Assembly (NCBI GenBank): GCA_963723235.1
Contig: CAVRPV010000020.1
Location: 19,250-83,249 of the forward strand
Direction of reading: 5' to 3'
From: an uncultured delta proteobacterium
GTDB taxonomy: Bacteria; Desulfobacterota; WTBG01; CAIYCZ01; CAIRTM01
Length of the DNA stretch: 64,000 bases
Program-made: the position numbers and the translations under genes
In this document: one piece after another, positions 1 through 9,122 of the stretch
Layout: each line of letters opens with the position of its first letter
Numbering within the stretch: position 1 is the first letter of the stretch
The notes under the pieces: generated by a model
Told to the model about the DNA's origin: nothing
What the model saw: the letters and a program-made list of their open reading frames with translations, nothing else
The model's database searches: none

Positions 1-1598
1 TTGTACACTCACGCTGGTAATACTCGCGCTTTTCCTGGCAGCTCCGTCCACATCACAGGCTGAAATCGCGCTTATGGACGGGAAGTTGATTCTCAGCGGC
101 TTTGTCAAGAACACCACCTATTACCGCTTAAATGGATCCGACCGCGAATTCAAACAAGGCCACCCGTACTCAAGATGGTAACTACTTATCAAATCACGAT
201 ACCAATTTTGACTTCTCAAACTTCTCGGCTTACATTGAAGGGCTTTACACTATCAAGGAAGATCAGGAGAGCACATTCCGTATCTTCGGCGGTTTCAAAA
301 CCTGGTATGAAATGGCCACGAGCTATGATGACAGCTTAGCCCGCAGCATGTATTCAACAGATCGCCAGCAATATCAATTCCCGCAAAGAATCGATGATGT
401 AATCGCTGAGTTGTACACGGATTATATCAACGGCCCCTGGCAGGTACGAACCGGTAAACAGATTGTAATCTGGGGCCAGCTTGACATGAGCCGCGTGGCT
501 GATGTGGTTAACCCGCTTGATCTGCGCTGGGGTGTACCGGGCGTTGATACCTGGGAAGAGGTTAAACAGGGACTGTGGATGATCAGGACCTTTTATCAGT
601 CACAGCTTCCCGGCAACCTGCTGTTTGAGTTTATCCTGAACCCGGGCTACTACGCGTCTTTCAAGCTGCCCTATGAAAGCACCCACTGGGGACCTGCAAA
701 TTACAAGAATAACCCATTTCCTGCGGAGAGAGATCAGGGCTATTTCTCCTATATGCAGAATAAATGGTTCGAAGACGAACCATCGAGATGGGCGCTTGAC
801 AACTATGAAATTGGCGGCCGGGTTCAAGGCTACACCTACGACGTTGACTGGACCTTTCTGGTCTGGAATGCCAAGCAAGACGCTCCCGGCAATGTCAATG
901 TCACACGAGCGCAGCAATTCAACGGGGCCTACTTTGATACAACTGCGTATCCGGAGACACCTAATTCAGGAGACTTTGGAGACGTCTATAAGTATAAACG
1001 TTACACCACCATAGGCGGTACAGGCCAGACCTTTACAAATTTTCTTAACACGGTCTGGCGCGTGGAATGGTTCTTTGAAAAGGACAGCCCCGTAGTCAAA
1101 GGTCTCTATGGGAATAAGAGCTATCTATACGCCAATGACCGCGTCGACATTCTCGGAATTGCCCTGCAGGGCAACTGGAACCTTGATATACCCTGGTGGA
1201 CACAGGTCATCGGCACAGGCAAACAGGCTTCTTTGTCATTAACCTACTTTAATGAACGGGTTCTGGACTACGATAAAGATCTGTGCCTGGATGATCGCAA
1301 TTACAAACCCAACAGCAGTACTGCAGAATCATGGACACTTTTTTTCATGCAGCAGATGTTTAATGCCAGCTGGACGTTCGTGTTCATAGGCAACTACTAT
1401 CCCCAGATAGGAAAATGGATGGCGGTTCCCTCGTTCACCTATGTATTTGCGGATTCAGGGCCATTCAGCGGATTCAGGGCTGATCTTGGAGCGAAGTTCT
1501 ATGGTGGTGCGGAACGCAAATACAAAGACATAACCGGAATTTCGAATGCATATTCCGATAAAGGCAGCTTGATACTGCGGCTGCGATATGAATTCTAA
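1..1598 (+). CDS. DUF1302-family outer-membrane beta-barrel protein, 5' partial, with one frameshift near 172
   Basis: Frame 2 from base 2 reads a signal peptide plus EIALMDGKLILSGFVKNTTYYRL and stops at 179-181. Frame 3 continues DGNYLSNHDTNFDF to a C-terminal aromatic strand LILRLRYEF. It contains GKQIVIWGQLD and DVVNPLDLRW and lies directly upstream of a DUF1329 gene, the usual pairing. Confidence 0.8.
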
Positions 1599-1626
1599 TA
1601 ACACTTTTTATCAGGTAAGGAGGTTT

Positions 1627-2904
1627 ATGAACATGAGAACAATCGCAACCAAAACCCTCGTATGTGTCTGCACTGCGCTCCTCTTCATGGCAATGCCGGC
1701 TGCAGCCCAGGAAATGCAGAAAGCCTATACTGATGCAGAGCTGGCCAAGGTGCGTGAATGGGAGAAAACCTGGGCAGGGAAGAAAATTGACAAAACCAAT
1801 GTTGACCAGGTAGCCGAGTTAATGCTTCCTACATTTGTGGACATCATTAAAAATCCCGACAAATGGGGCTCATCGCCTGAGGGCTTTTTTTTCATGATAC
1901 GGCCGTATGAGTTTGTACCGGAGACACCCAACTTCATCGCTGCCAGCAAGGCCAATGCAGGCAAGGCCAAACTGGGCGCAGACGGCACAATCGAAAACCT
2001 GGGTGAACTTGCCGGCAGGCTGTTCATGGATCCCGGTGAAGACGGCATGAAAATGGCCTGGAACTTCGAGATGCAGAACCGCGGCGACGCCTTTACCTAT
2101 CGCAAAAACTCACCAAACGTCAACCCCAAAAACAAAACCGAACGACTGGCAGACCAGCAGTACAGCGAGTACTACTTTGTCAACCGTACCGAACTTGACC
2201 CCAAGCCGGCCCTGCCCAATAATCCCAAGGGATATCGCCGCGGCATGTTTTTGCACATGTACCTGCCGGCCGAATTTATCAACACGCGCATGTATACCCT
2301 GCGCTACATTGATCAGAAAAAGGAAGATGACTCCTACCTGTGGTACAGCCAGTTCAGGCGCATTCGGCGCATGAACACCTCTCAGCGAACCGATGCGATT
2401 GACGGCTCCGACCTGATCTATGACGATGAATACCTGTGGGACGGCCAGTTGTTGCGCAATAATTACTCCTATAAAGGTAAAAAAGAACTGCTGACACAGC
2501 GGCATGATGGACTGGCCCAGACCACGCGTGAATCCGGCATTGGATTTTCAAATGATATGACATTTGAGCGCTGCAATCTGCTGGTAGTTGAGGCCGTGAA
2601 TAAAGACCCCAACTACATCTACGGCAAGCGTATATGGTACCTTGATCCCGAAACCTATTACATCATGCATACCGAAATCTATGATCAGCAGGGCCGTTTT
2701 TGGAAGCTATTTTTCAACAGCACCCAGCCGATCAAGACCTCAACAGGCGTGATGAAGCCGGTGATCGTAGGAACACATTTTTACGATGCCCAGCGCATTC
2801 ACTCCGGAGTGGCTAATTCACAAAACATTAATCAACCGATGGTTTCTGACCCCGCCGTCACGGCTGACTGGTTCACGACTTCGTACCTGCAAAAAACGTA
2901 CTAA
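1627..2904 (+). CDS. DUF1329-family periplasmic protein (LolA-like fold)
   Basis: RBS AAGGAGG precedes ATG 1627. It has a signal peptide and typical segments WLYSQFRRIRR, DAIDGSDL and YDQQGRFWK. The ORF track start at 1588 lacks an RBS. Confidence 0.85.
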   Translation: MNMRTIATKTLVCVCTALLFMAMPAAAQEMQKAYTDAELAKVREWEKTWAGKKIDKTNVDQVAELMLPTFVDIIKNPDKWGSSPEGFFFMIRPYEFVPETPNFIAASKANAGKAKLGADGTIENLGELAGRLFMDPGEDGMKMAWNFEMQNRGDAFTYRKNSPNVNPKNKTERLADQQYSEYYFVNRTELDPKPALPNNPKGYRRGMFLHMYLPAEFINTRMYTLRYIDQKKEDDSYLWYSQFRRIRRMNTSQRTDAIDGSDLIYDDEYLWDGQLLRNNYSYKGKKELLTQRHDGLAQTTRESGIGFSNDMTFERCNLLVVEAVNKDPNYIYGKRIWYLDPETYYIMHTEIYDQQGRFWKLFFNSTQPIKTSTGVMKPVIVGTHFYDAQRIHSGVANSQNINQPMVSDPAVTADWFTTSYLQKTY

Positions 2905-2920
2905 GTTATCCGTCACTTAT

Positions 2921-2960
2921 AAAAACCCCCTGCGGCAACACAAGCCGCAGGGGGTTTTTT
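2921..2960. terminator. Bidirectional intrinsic terminator
   Basis: AAAAACCCCCTGCGGC-aacacaa-GCCGCAGGGGGTTTTT: perfect stem with an A-tract on the left and a T-tract on the right, 16 nt after the DUF1329 stop. Confidence 0.9.
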
Positions 2961-3164
2961 ATTAATATGCCGTCCATGTGTTTAAAATCCGCCTTTCCTC
3001 CTCCCTGGATTTTCATTTTTTTCAACACAGTCCATCCTTGTCGTGCTGCATCGGGGCGTTGACAAGACAGGCATTACCTGCATACCTATGCCTTATCATA
3101 GACTTGCATACACGGTCACACGCCTGCTGCCTGCTTGACAAAAAAAATACTCCGGAACCCTCGA

Positions 3165-3173
3165 ATTATACCA
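3165..3173 (-). promoter_or_regulatory. Extended -10 promoter pointing leftwards
   Basis: The minus strand reads TGGTATAAT, a perfect TGnTATAAT. Confidence 0.45.
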
Positions 3174-3275
3174 TGTCCTGTCAAGTGTTCGGTCGCATTC
3201 GCCAAAGCTGCTTATATGTGAACGAAACTATATAAGATTAACCTTAATTTTGAGCAAAAAAATAACCACTACATA

Positions 3276-3303
3276 TTGACAACTAAGATTAAATAACTAC
3301 AAT
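3276..3303 (+). promoter_or_regulatory. Near-consensus sigma70 promoter
   Basis: TTGACA(3276-3281)-N16-TACAAT(3298-3303), upstream of RBS GAGGA and ATG 3337. Confidence 0.7.
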
Positions 3304-3336
3304 ATATAGTAGAAACCAGACAATGAGGAATTTCTT

Positions 3337-3522
3337 ATGAAAACTCTACTCTTTATACTGTTGCTTGTATCAGTATGCGCTGCGCTTGAAGTGCCGGAAG
3401 ACTACCAGCTTGCCCCGAATGCTTCACGCCTGGCTGTGCTGAGTACACGTGGTGGTAGCGGGCGCATATGTGCAAACATGCCGGCAGATATGAAAGTATC
3501 TGAGCTGATTAAGCCCTTATAG
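3337..3522 (+). CDS. Small exported hypothetical protein (61 aa as written, possibly about 90 aa if frameshifted)
   Basis: It has a strong promoter, an RBS and the Sec-type signal MKTLLFILLLVSVCAA. No family recognised. Confidence 0.55.
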   Translation: MKTLLFILLLVSVCAALEVPEDYQLAPNASRLAVLSTRGGSGRICANMPADMKVSELIKPL

Positions 3523-3811
3523 CCTTTTGAAGCTGAAACAGGTATATGCCGGTAATACCAATGCGCTAAGAACCAGATATACCGAATATGCTAGAGCTCG
3601 TGCATAGTCGAACCGGGATTGAACTCAAAAGTTATTAAACACTGCATTGAATCAGTCAGGCCATCAAAGCAGAAAAGACCTCCGGATAGCTTCGCTCCTG
3701 CCCCACACTCTGACAAAAAAAACGGCCCCTGAGATCTCAATAACAAATCCTATCGAATGATCCCAGACGCAGCTCAAATGTATTGCCCTGTGCGGTGAAT
3801 TCAACTGAAAG

Positions 3812-4201
3812 TTACTTTTCTGAACGCTTGCGGGCCAGAAGCTTGTCCAAGCCCTCAAAAGGTTTGAAATCTTTTGAGGTTTTTTTATCGATTGTGGCGG
3901 GTTCAGCATACCATTGCGCATCAGCTCCGCGCTCATGCAGCTCGTCATGGCAGTATATGCACAGCAACTCCCAGTTGCTGCCGTCCGGCGGGTTATTGTC
4001 GTGATTGTGGTCTTTATGGTGTACGGTCAGCTCACGCAGCTTTTTACCCTCAAACTCACGGCTGCACACCGCGCACACATGCGGCAGAATGCTGAGCGCC
4101 CGGTCGCGGTAGCTGCGATGGGTCTGCTGACGCTCACGGCGCACATCATCATAAAAACGCCTGAGCTTCTCATCTTCATCCGGCTGCTTCGCTGAACTCA
4201 T
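3812..4201 (-). CDS. yajD: YajD-family HNH nuclease
   Basis: YRDRAL..CAVCSREF..LRELTVHHKDHNHDNNPPDGSNWELLCIYCHD matches the YajD signature. Confidence 0.9.
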   Translation of the reverse strand: MSSAKQPDEDEKLRRFYDDVRRERQQTHRSYRDRALSILPHVCAVCSREFEGKKLRELTVHHKDHNHDNNPPDGSNWELLCIYCHDELHERGADAQWYAEPATIDKKTSKDFKPFEGLDKLLARKRSEK

Positions 4202-4237
4202 GCATACCTCCCCTGCACCAGCAGGTCAAACCGTGAA

Positions 4238-5043
4238 CTACAAACCAAATTCGCTCAACAAATCGCGGCTGAGATAGGCCTCATCCTCGAAACGCTGTTG
4301 GGCTTTTTCATCATTTATCCATTCAATCCAGGTTCCGGAAACCTGATTGTTAAGCATTTCCTCTACCAGCCAAGGCGTGACCGTTTCAACCGTGTCTGCC
4401 AGAATATTGAATATCACCCTGGCCTGTTCGCGCTGCTCAGTATCCATTTCCTGCCAATCAGAAACCAGCAGATCCGTTATCACCATGCCCGGACTGATGA
4501 CGCCGACCTGTACATCACTGCCTTCGGTCTCCTTGACCAACGCTTGCGTAAAATAGCGCACCGCCCTTTTGCTGGCGCCGTACACGCTCATGCCGGGCAG
4601 AATCATATCATTGCTGCCGTGGCCCTCAGTGTTGTACACAGCGCCCGATCCCTGCTCCCGCATGCCGCGCAGGGCTACCTGACATCCGTTCATCATTCCG
4701 GTAACGTTCGTATCAACCACCTGGCTAAGCTCGGATGCGATCAAGCTCCCAGAGCATTTTGCGGGCATGACTGATACCGGCATTGTTGATCCAGATGTCC
4801 ACCTTTTCAAAAAATGTACAGGCATGATCCCACAGGGCCTGAACCTGGGCAATGTCGGTTATATCGCACGGCAGGCCGGTCACACGGCCCTTCCCATACT
4901 GAGCTTCAAGATCAGTACATACCTGCTGAACCGCAGTCAGCGCTGCGCGAACTGATAACGACCCTGCAGTCGCGCTTCAAAAATTCACGGGCAAGCCCCA
5001 GCCCGATACCCTTGGTGCTGCCGGTTATTACAACTGACTTCAT
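4238..5043 (-). CDS. SDR-family oxidoreductase (paralogue of 5075-5878), broken by two apparent +1 insertions
   Basis: ATG 5043 with RBS GGAGG reads MKSVVITGSTKGIGLGLA. The middle frame gives CDITDIAQVQALW..DIWINNAG, and the last frame gives YGASK. Shifts lie near 4945 and 4740. Confidence 0.85.
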
Positions 5044-5074
5044 CGTATTTCCTCCATATAACAGGCCCTAGAGC

Positions 5075-5878
5075 CTATAAACCATAGTGTGAAAAAAGAT
5101 CCCGCGACAGGCGGCTTTCATCTGCAAAATATGCATTCGCCTTTTCCTCGGGCATCCACATTATGCGGCGGCCGTTTTCGGTATTGGCCAACACCTCCTG
5201 GACCAGAAACTGCGTTACGGTTTCAACATCATCAGCAAGCACATTGTAGACCGCCTTGGTAATTTCAAGCTGCTCAGGGGCCATCTTGCGCATGTCATCA
5301 ATAAGGAAATCGGTCAACACGATTCCGGGGCTGATTGTTCCGACCTGCACCGGACGGCCCTCAACTTCCTGCGCAACAGCCTCGCTGAAATAACGCACCC
5401 CGCGCTTTGTGGCGCCGTATACACTCAAACCATTGACCAGCATGTCATCGCTGCCGAAACCTTCAGAGTTATATACCCGGCCAAAGCCCTGGGCCAGCAT
5501 GCCCTGCAATGCAACCTGAGTTCCGTACATAACACCGGTGAGATTGGTGCTGACCACCCGGGGAATTTCACGGCTTTCAAGCTCCCACAATTGGCGCGTT
5601 GTGTTGGCAATGCCGGCGTTATTCAGCCAGATATCAACCGCTCCGAACCGATCAACAGCAGCCTGCCACAAAGCGCGCACCTGCTCAATATCGGTAACAT
5701 CGCAGGCAAAACCTGCAACTTTTTCTGATCCATACTGTTCCCGGGCCTTGAGCAATTCCTGTTCCAACTCCTGTCTGGCAAAACTGCTCAGCATGACCTG
5801 ATGGCCGCTCTTGAGAAAGTGCTGAGCCAGGCCAAGCCCAATTCCTTTTGAACTACCGGTAATAACAGCTGTTTTCAT
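5075..5878 (-). CDS. SDR-family oxidoreductase
   Basis: TGxxxGIG Rossmann motif, NNAG, and catalytic YxxxK (YGATK). Confidence 0.95.
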   Translation of the reverse strand: MKTAVITGSSKGIGLGLAQHFLKSGHQVMLSSFARQELEQELLKAREQYGSEKVAGFACDVTDIEQVRALWQAAVDRFGAVDIWLNNAGIANTTRQLWELESREIPRVVSTNLTGVMYGTQVALQGMLAQGFGRVYNSEGFGSDDMLVNGLSVYGATKRGVRYFSEAVAQEVEGRPVQVGTISPGIVLTDFLIDDMRKMAPEQLEITKAVYNVLADDVETVTQFLVQEVLANTENGRRIMWMPEEKANAYFADESRLSRDLFSHYGL

Positions 5879-6023
5879 ACATTCTCCTCACACATGCAGG
5901 GCGTATCGTGCAGAATACACTGATCTTCGTATCATATTCGCCTCTGATAAACAACCCATAAGCCCGCACAATTACAGCCATACTTCATTGACGTACGCGC
6001 TGCCTTACTCTCCATAAAACGTC

Positions 6024-6830
6024 CTATGGCGTCCAGCGCTGATATACCCGCATACCTTCTGCCCGGAACTTCTGATTCGCAATTGTAATCTGCGTTGGTG
6101 TGATCTCGCTGATGACAAAAGCTTTTTTCACTCCCTGCCTGAATGCTTTCAAGCGGGCCTCACGCTGCTCCGGCGTAGCGTCGGCTGGAACCCGGGCACC
6201 GAATTCATAGGGCAGCAACTCAATCATGATGCGTTCAAAATCAGGATCATCGCCATGAAGCAGGCGCGCGGTACCGCGTATCTGCACACACAGGAAGTCC
6301 TTAAAGGTCTCACTGTCGAACTCCTTGTGATAATTCATGCTCACTTTTGGATTGGCCTCGATATGGCGCAGTTTCTCGGTGCCGGCCTCATGAAATCCAT
6401 AGAGCTTGCCTGTTTTCGGATCAAGGGTCCATTCGCAGGTGGTCGACAGGGGCACATTGTTGAGGCTTGTGGCCAGGATGAATGTTTTTGAGTCGTGTTT
6501 CAGGCCGCCGATAGCTTTTTCAATTTCAGCCCAGACGCGCTCTTTGGACATCACGCCCTCACCCTCGCTATGGCCGGGCGACTGACCGAACAGGTAGACC
6601 TTCGTGGCGGTAGTAGTGGCGTCAAGCTTGATTTCATGGCAGTCATTGCAGCTCAGTCCCGGCTCGATCTCGGGATGTCCGCTGTCGACTTCCGCAGCCG
6701 CGACAATCGCCTGCGCCTTTGGTGTCTCCTGCGCCTGCTGCACAACCGTATCAGCCGCAAAGCGTCCGCAGCCGAAAACAGCAAAGAACAATGCACTGAT
6801 AATTAACACACTACTCGCTCTTTTTTTCAT
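6024..6830 (-). CDS. Lipoprotein with one CxxCH heme-c motif fused to a pyridoxamine-5'-phosphate-oxidase-like split-barrel domain
   Basis: Lipobox VFGC, GHP..SCNDCH, and split-barrel segments TEKLRHIEANPKVSM and VQIRGTARLL. Confidence 0.8.
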   Translation of the reverse strand: MKKRASSVLIISALFFAVFGCGRFAADTVVQQAQETPKAQAIVAAAEVDSGHPEIEPGLSCNDCHEIKLDATTTATKVYLFGQSPGHSEGEGVMSKERVWAEIEKAIGGLKHDSKTFILATSLNNVPLSTTCEWTLDPKTGKLYGFHEAGTEKLRHIEANPKVSMNYHKEFDSETFKDFLCVQIRGTARLLHGDDPDFERIMIELLPYEFGARVPADATPEQREARLKAFRQGVKKAFVISEITPTQITIANQKFRAEGMRVYQRWTP

Positions 6831-6845
6831 ACCATGCTCCTTCCC

Positions 6846-7442
6846 TTAATGCTTGATAAGACCGTCTATGATTGTTGTAATGTTCAGCCTGTGCTGTTCC
6901 TGCAAATCAAAATCCAAAGGTACGGTAAAATAGCTCAGGAAAAAACCCATCGAAAGAAAATACAGGGTGCGGGCGACTCCTTCCGGCGCAACCGGCTTAA
7001 AAATGCCTGAATCGATCCCCTCCTGAATCAGCGCGGCGATCGTAGCAACCCGATGCCTGTACATTGAGGCAACTTCATCACGGAAGTCAGGCTCCCGCGA
7101 ACTCATGGCCACAAAATCAAGACAGAAACGCAGGATCGGCTCATGTGAGAAAAATATCTCGCCTGACTTTTCCACCAGCAGGCTCAGACGTTGGGCCGCA
7201 TCAGAGCGGCTGCCAATCTCGGCGGTCAGGTACTCAAAGTAGCGGTTGACCCTATTCCTGAACAGCTCAATACCAAGCTCTTTTTTAGACTTGAAATGAT
7301 GATAAATGCCGCCTTTAGAAATGCCGGCCTGGGCGGCGATTTCATCAATGGAGGTCTGATAGTACCCGTTGCTGTTAAAACAGCTCAGCGCAGCCTCAAA
7401 GATCTCTTCGCGCCGCTGTTCCGGCGCCTTGTTGACAGCCAT
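6846..7442 (-). CDS. TetR/AcrR-family transcriptional regulator
   Basis: N-terminal HTH RREEIFEAALSCF..TSIDEIAAQAGISKGGIYHHFKSKKEL. Confidence 0.95.
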   Translation of the reverse strand: MAVNKAPEQRREEIFEAALSCFNSNGYYQTSIDEIAAQAGISKGGIYHHFKSKKELGIELFRNRVNRYFEYLTAEIGSRSDAAQRLSLLVEKSGEIFFSHEPILRFCLDFVAMSSREPDFRDEVASMYRHRVATIAALIQEGIDSGIFKPVAPEGVARTLYFLSMGFFLSYFTVPLDFDLQEQHRLNITTIIDGLIKH

Positions 7443-7444
7443 AG

Positions 7445-9122
7445 TTACACCAAATAAATTCCGACCAGTCGGTATGTATTATAGAAATTAACACTCGTCA
7501 ATACATATTTTGTCAAGCCGTACCAGTTTTTTAATACCAATAGCATCACCGCTACAGCAGCAGACTCAACGCTCCGCAACCCGTCAACTGCACTTGAAAC
7601 AATGCCGCCTGAATAGCCTGCCCCCTCGCCGACCGGAATAAGGCCGGCAATGCCGATAGCCTGAAACGTTTCCGGATCGCGCAACATGCGCACCGGCGAG
7701 GATGTGCGGGTTTCTACGCCTATCAAAATGCCCTGTTCGATAAAGCCGGGTATTTTTTTATCAAACGCAGCAAGCGCCCGGCGCAGCGGCTCAACAACAA
7801 AACCGGGCAACAGCCCGGCAAGATCAGACGCGGTCACCCCGGGCTTAAATGAAATATCCGAGACAGGAAGTGTCGTGGAGGCCTGCCCGCGCATAAAATC
7901 AGCGGCCCCCTGTACCGGTGCGTAATATGGGGAGCTGCCTGCGGTATAGGCTAGTCTTTCTATGTGCTCCTGAAATGCAAGGCCGCCCAGGACGCCCCCG
8001 TCTGTATAATCATCGGGTGTAACCGTCACCACAAGTGCGGCATTGGCACGGGCGCTGCCGCGATTTGAAAAGCTCATGCCGTTCACGCACAGCGTGCCCG
8101 GCTGTGAAGAACAACCGATAACCAGGCCTCCCGGGCACATGCAAAAACTGTACACCCCTCTGCCGGAAGCCTTGTCGGCATGTGTCAGGGCATACTCAGC
8201 TGGTCCGGCGACAAGGCGCGTATGCTCGTCGCGCCGCATACTGCGATCAATCAGAGCCTGGGGATGTTCAATGCGAACTCCCACGGCAAAACCCTTGGGC
8301 TGCAGACACATGCCCCTGCCAGAGAGCATCCGTAACGTATCACGGGCGCTGTGGCCGACGGCCAGCACAAGTAGCCCGGTTTCGATGTGCCTGCCGGAAA
8401 CTCGTATACCCTGCACCTGCCCCTTTTCAATCTCGATATCATCCATACGGGTGTTAAATCGAAACTCAACACCCTTTGTGCGTAAACGTTCAACCAGCGC
8501 CGGAATAACCTGCCGCAAGCGGTCAGTACCCACGTGCGGGCGGGCCTCATACACTATGCTTTCATCCGCCCCGCAGGCAACCAGTTCCTCAAACACCCGC
8601 TGTTTCAATGGTGAGGTACTGCGGGCAGTCAATTTCCCGTCTGAAAAGGCCCCGGCCCCGCCCTCCCCGAACACGACATTCGATTCAGGATTAAGTGTGC
8701 CGCGATTCCAGAAAGCCTGAACCTCCGCAATACGCTCAGATATCCGAGCCCCCCGTTCAATCACCAATGGGGGACATCCGCGCTCTGCAAGCCCCAGGGC
8801 CGCAAAAAGACCGGCCGGGCCGGCCCCGACCACAATAGGGCGCTGTTGAAGGCACAGGCGCGGTCCAGGCGACGGCAAGGGCTCATCCTGAAACAGGCTC
8901 ACCCTTGATTCGGAAAGCATCCGCGCCAGTTCCTGCTGATCAAGGCACACATCAGCTGCAAGGCTGTATTCGTAGAGCAGCGTGCGCTGGCGCGCGTCAA
9001 GTGAGCGGCGCAGGATACGCATGGATTTAATGCGGCTCAGCTGCAACGCCAAGCACCTGGGCAAGCGCTTCCAGCAGCGCGGGCTCATCCGTGACGCTCA
9101 GGCGCAGGCCTGTGATTTTCAA
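7445..9122 (-). CDS. FAD-dependent oxidoreductase (HI0933/YhiN-like uncharacterised dehydrogenase), with apparent indels near both ends
   Basis: VVGAGPAGLFAA, GEGGAGAFSDGKL and GEGAGYSGGIVSSAVDG. The N-terminus LKITGLRLSVTDE lies in another frame from TTG 9122. The true stop is probably the TAG at 7552-7554, since the ORF-track tail runs through the tetR promoter region. Confidence 0.85.
7459..7474. promoter_or_regulatory. Probable TetR operator palindrome
   Basis: TTCCGAC-CA-GTCGGTA, 17 nt upstream of the tetR start codon. Confidence 0.6.

Noticed and set aside
2978-3235. 85-aa ORF in the intergenic region
   Set aside because: It starts at a GTG without an RBS, has low-complexity composition and overlaps promoter elements.
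3520-3555. Pyrrolysine-type TAG readthrough of the small exported ORF
   Set aside because: It would add only about 10 residues before TAA, and no pyl genes or methylamine context are present.
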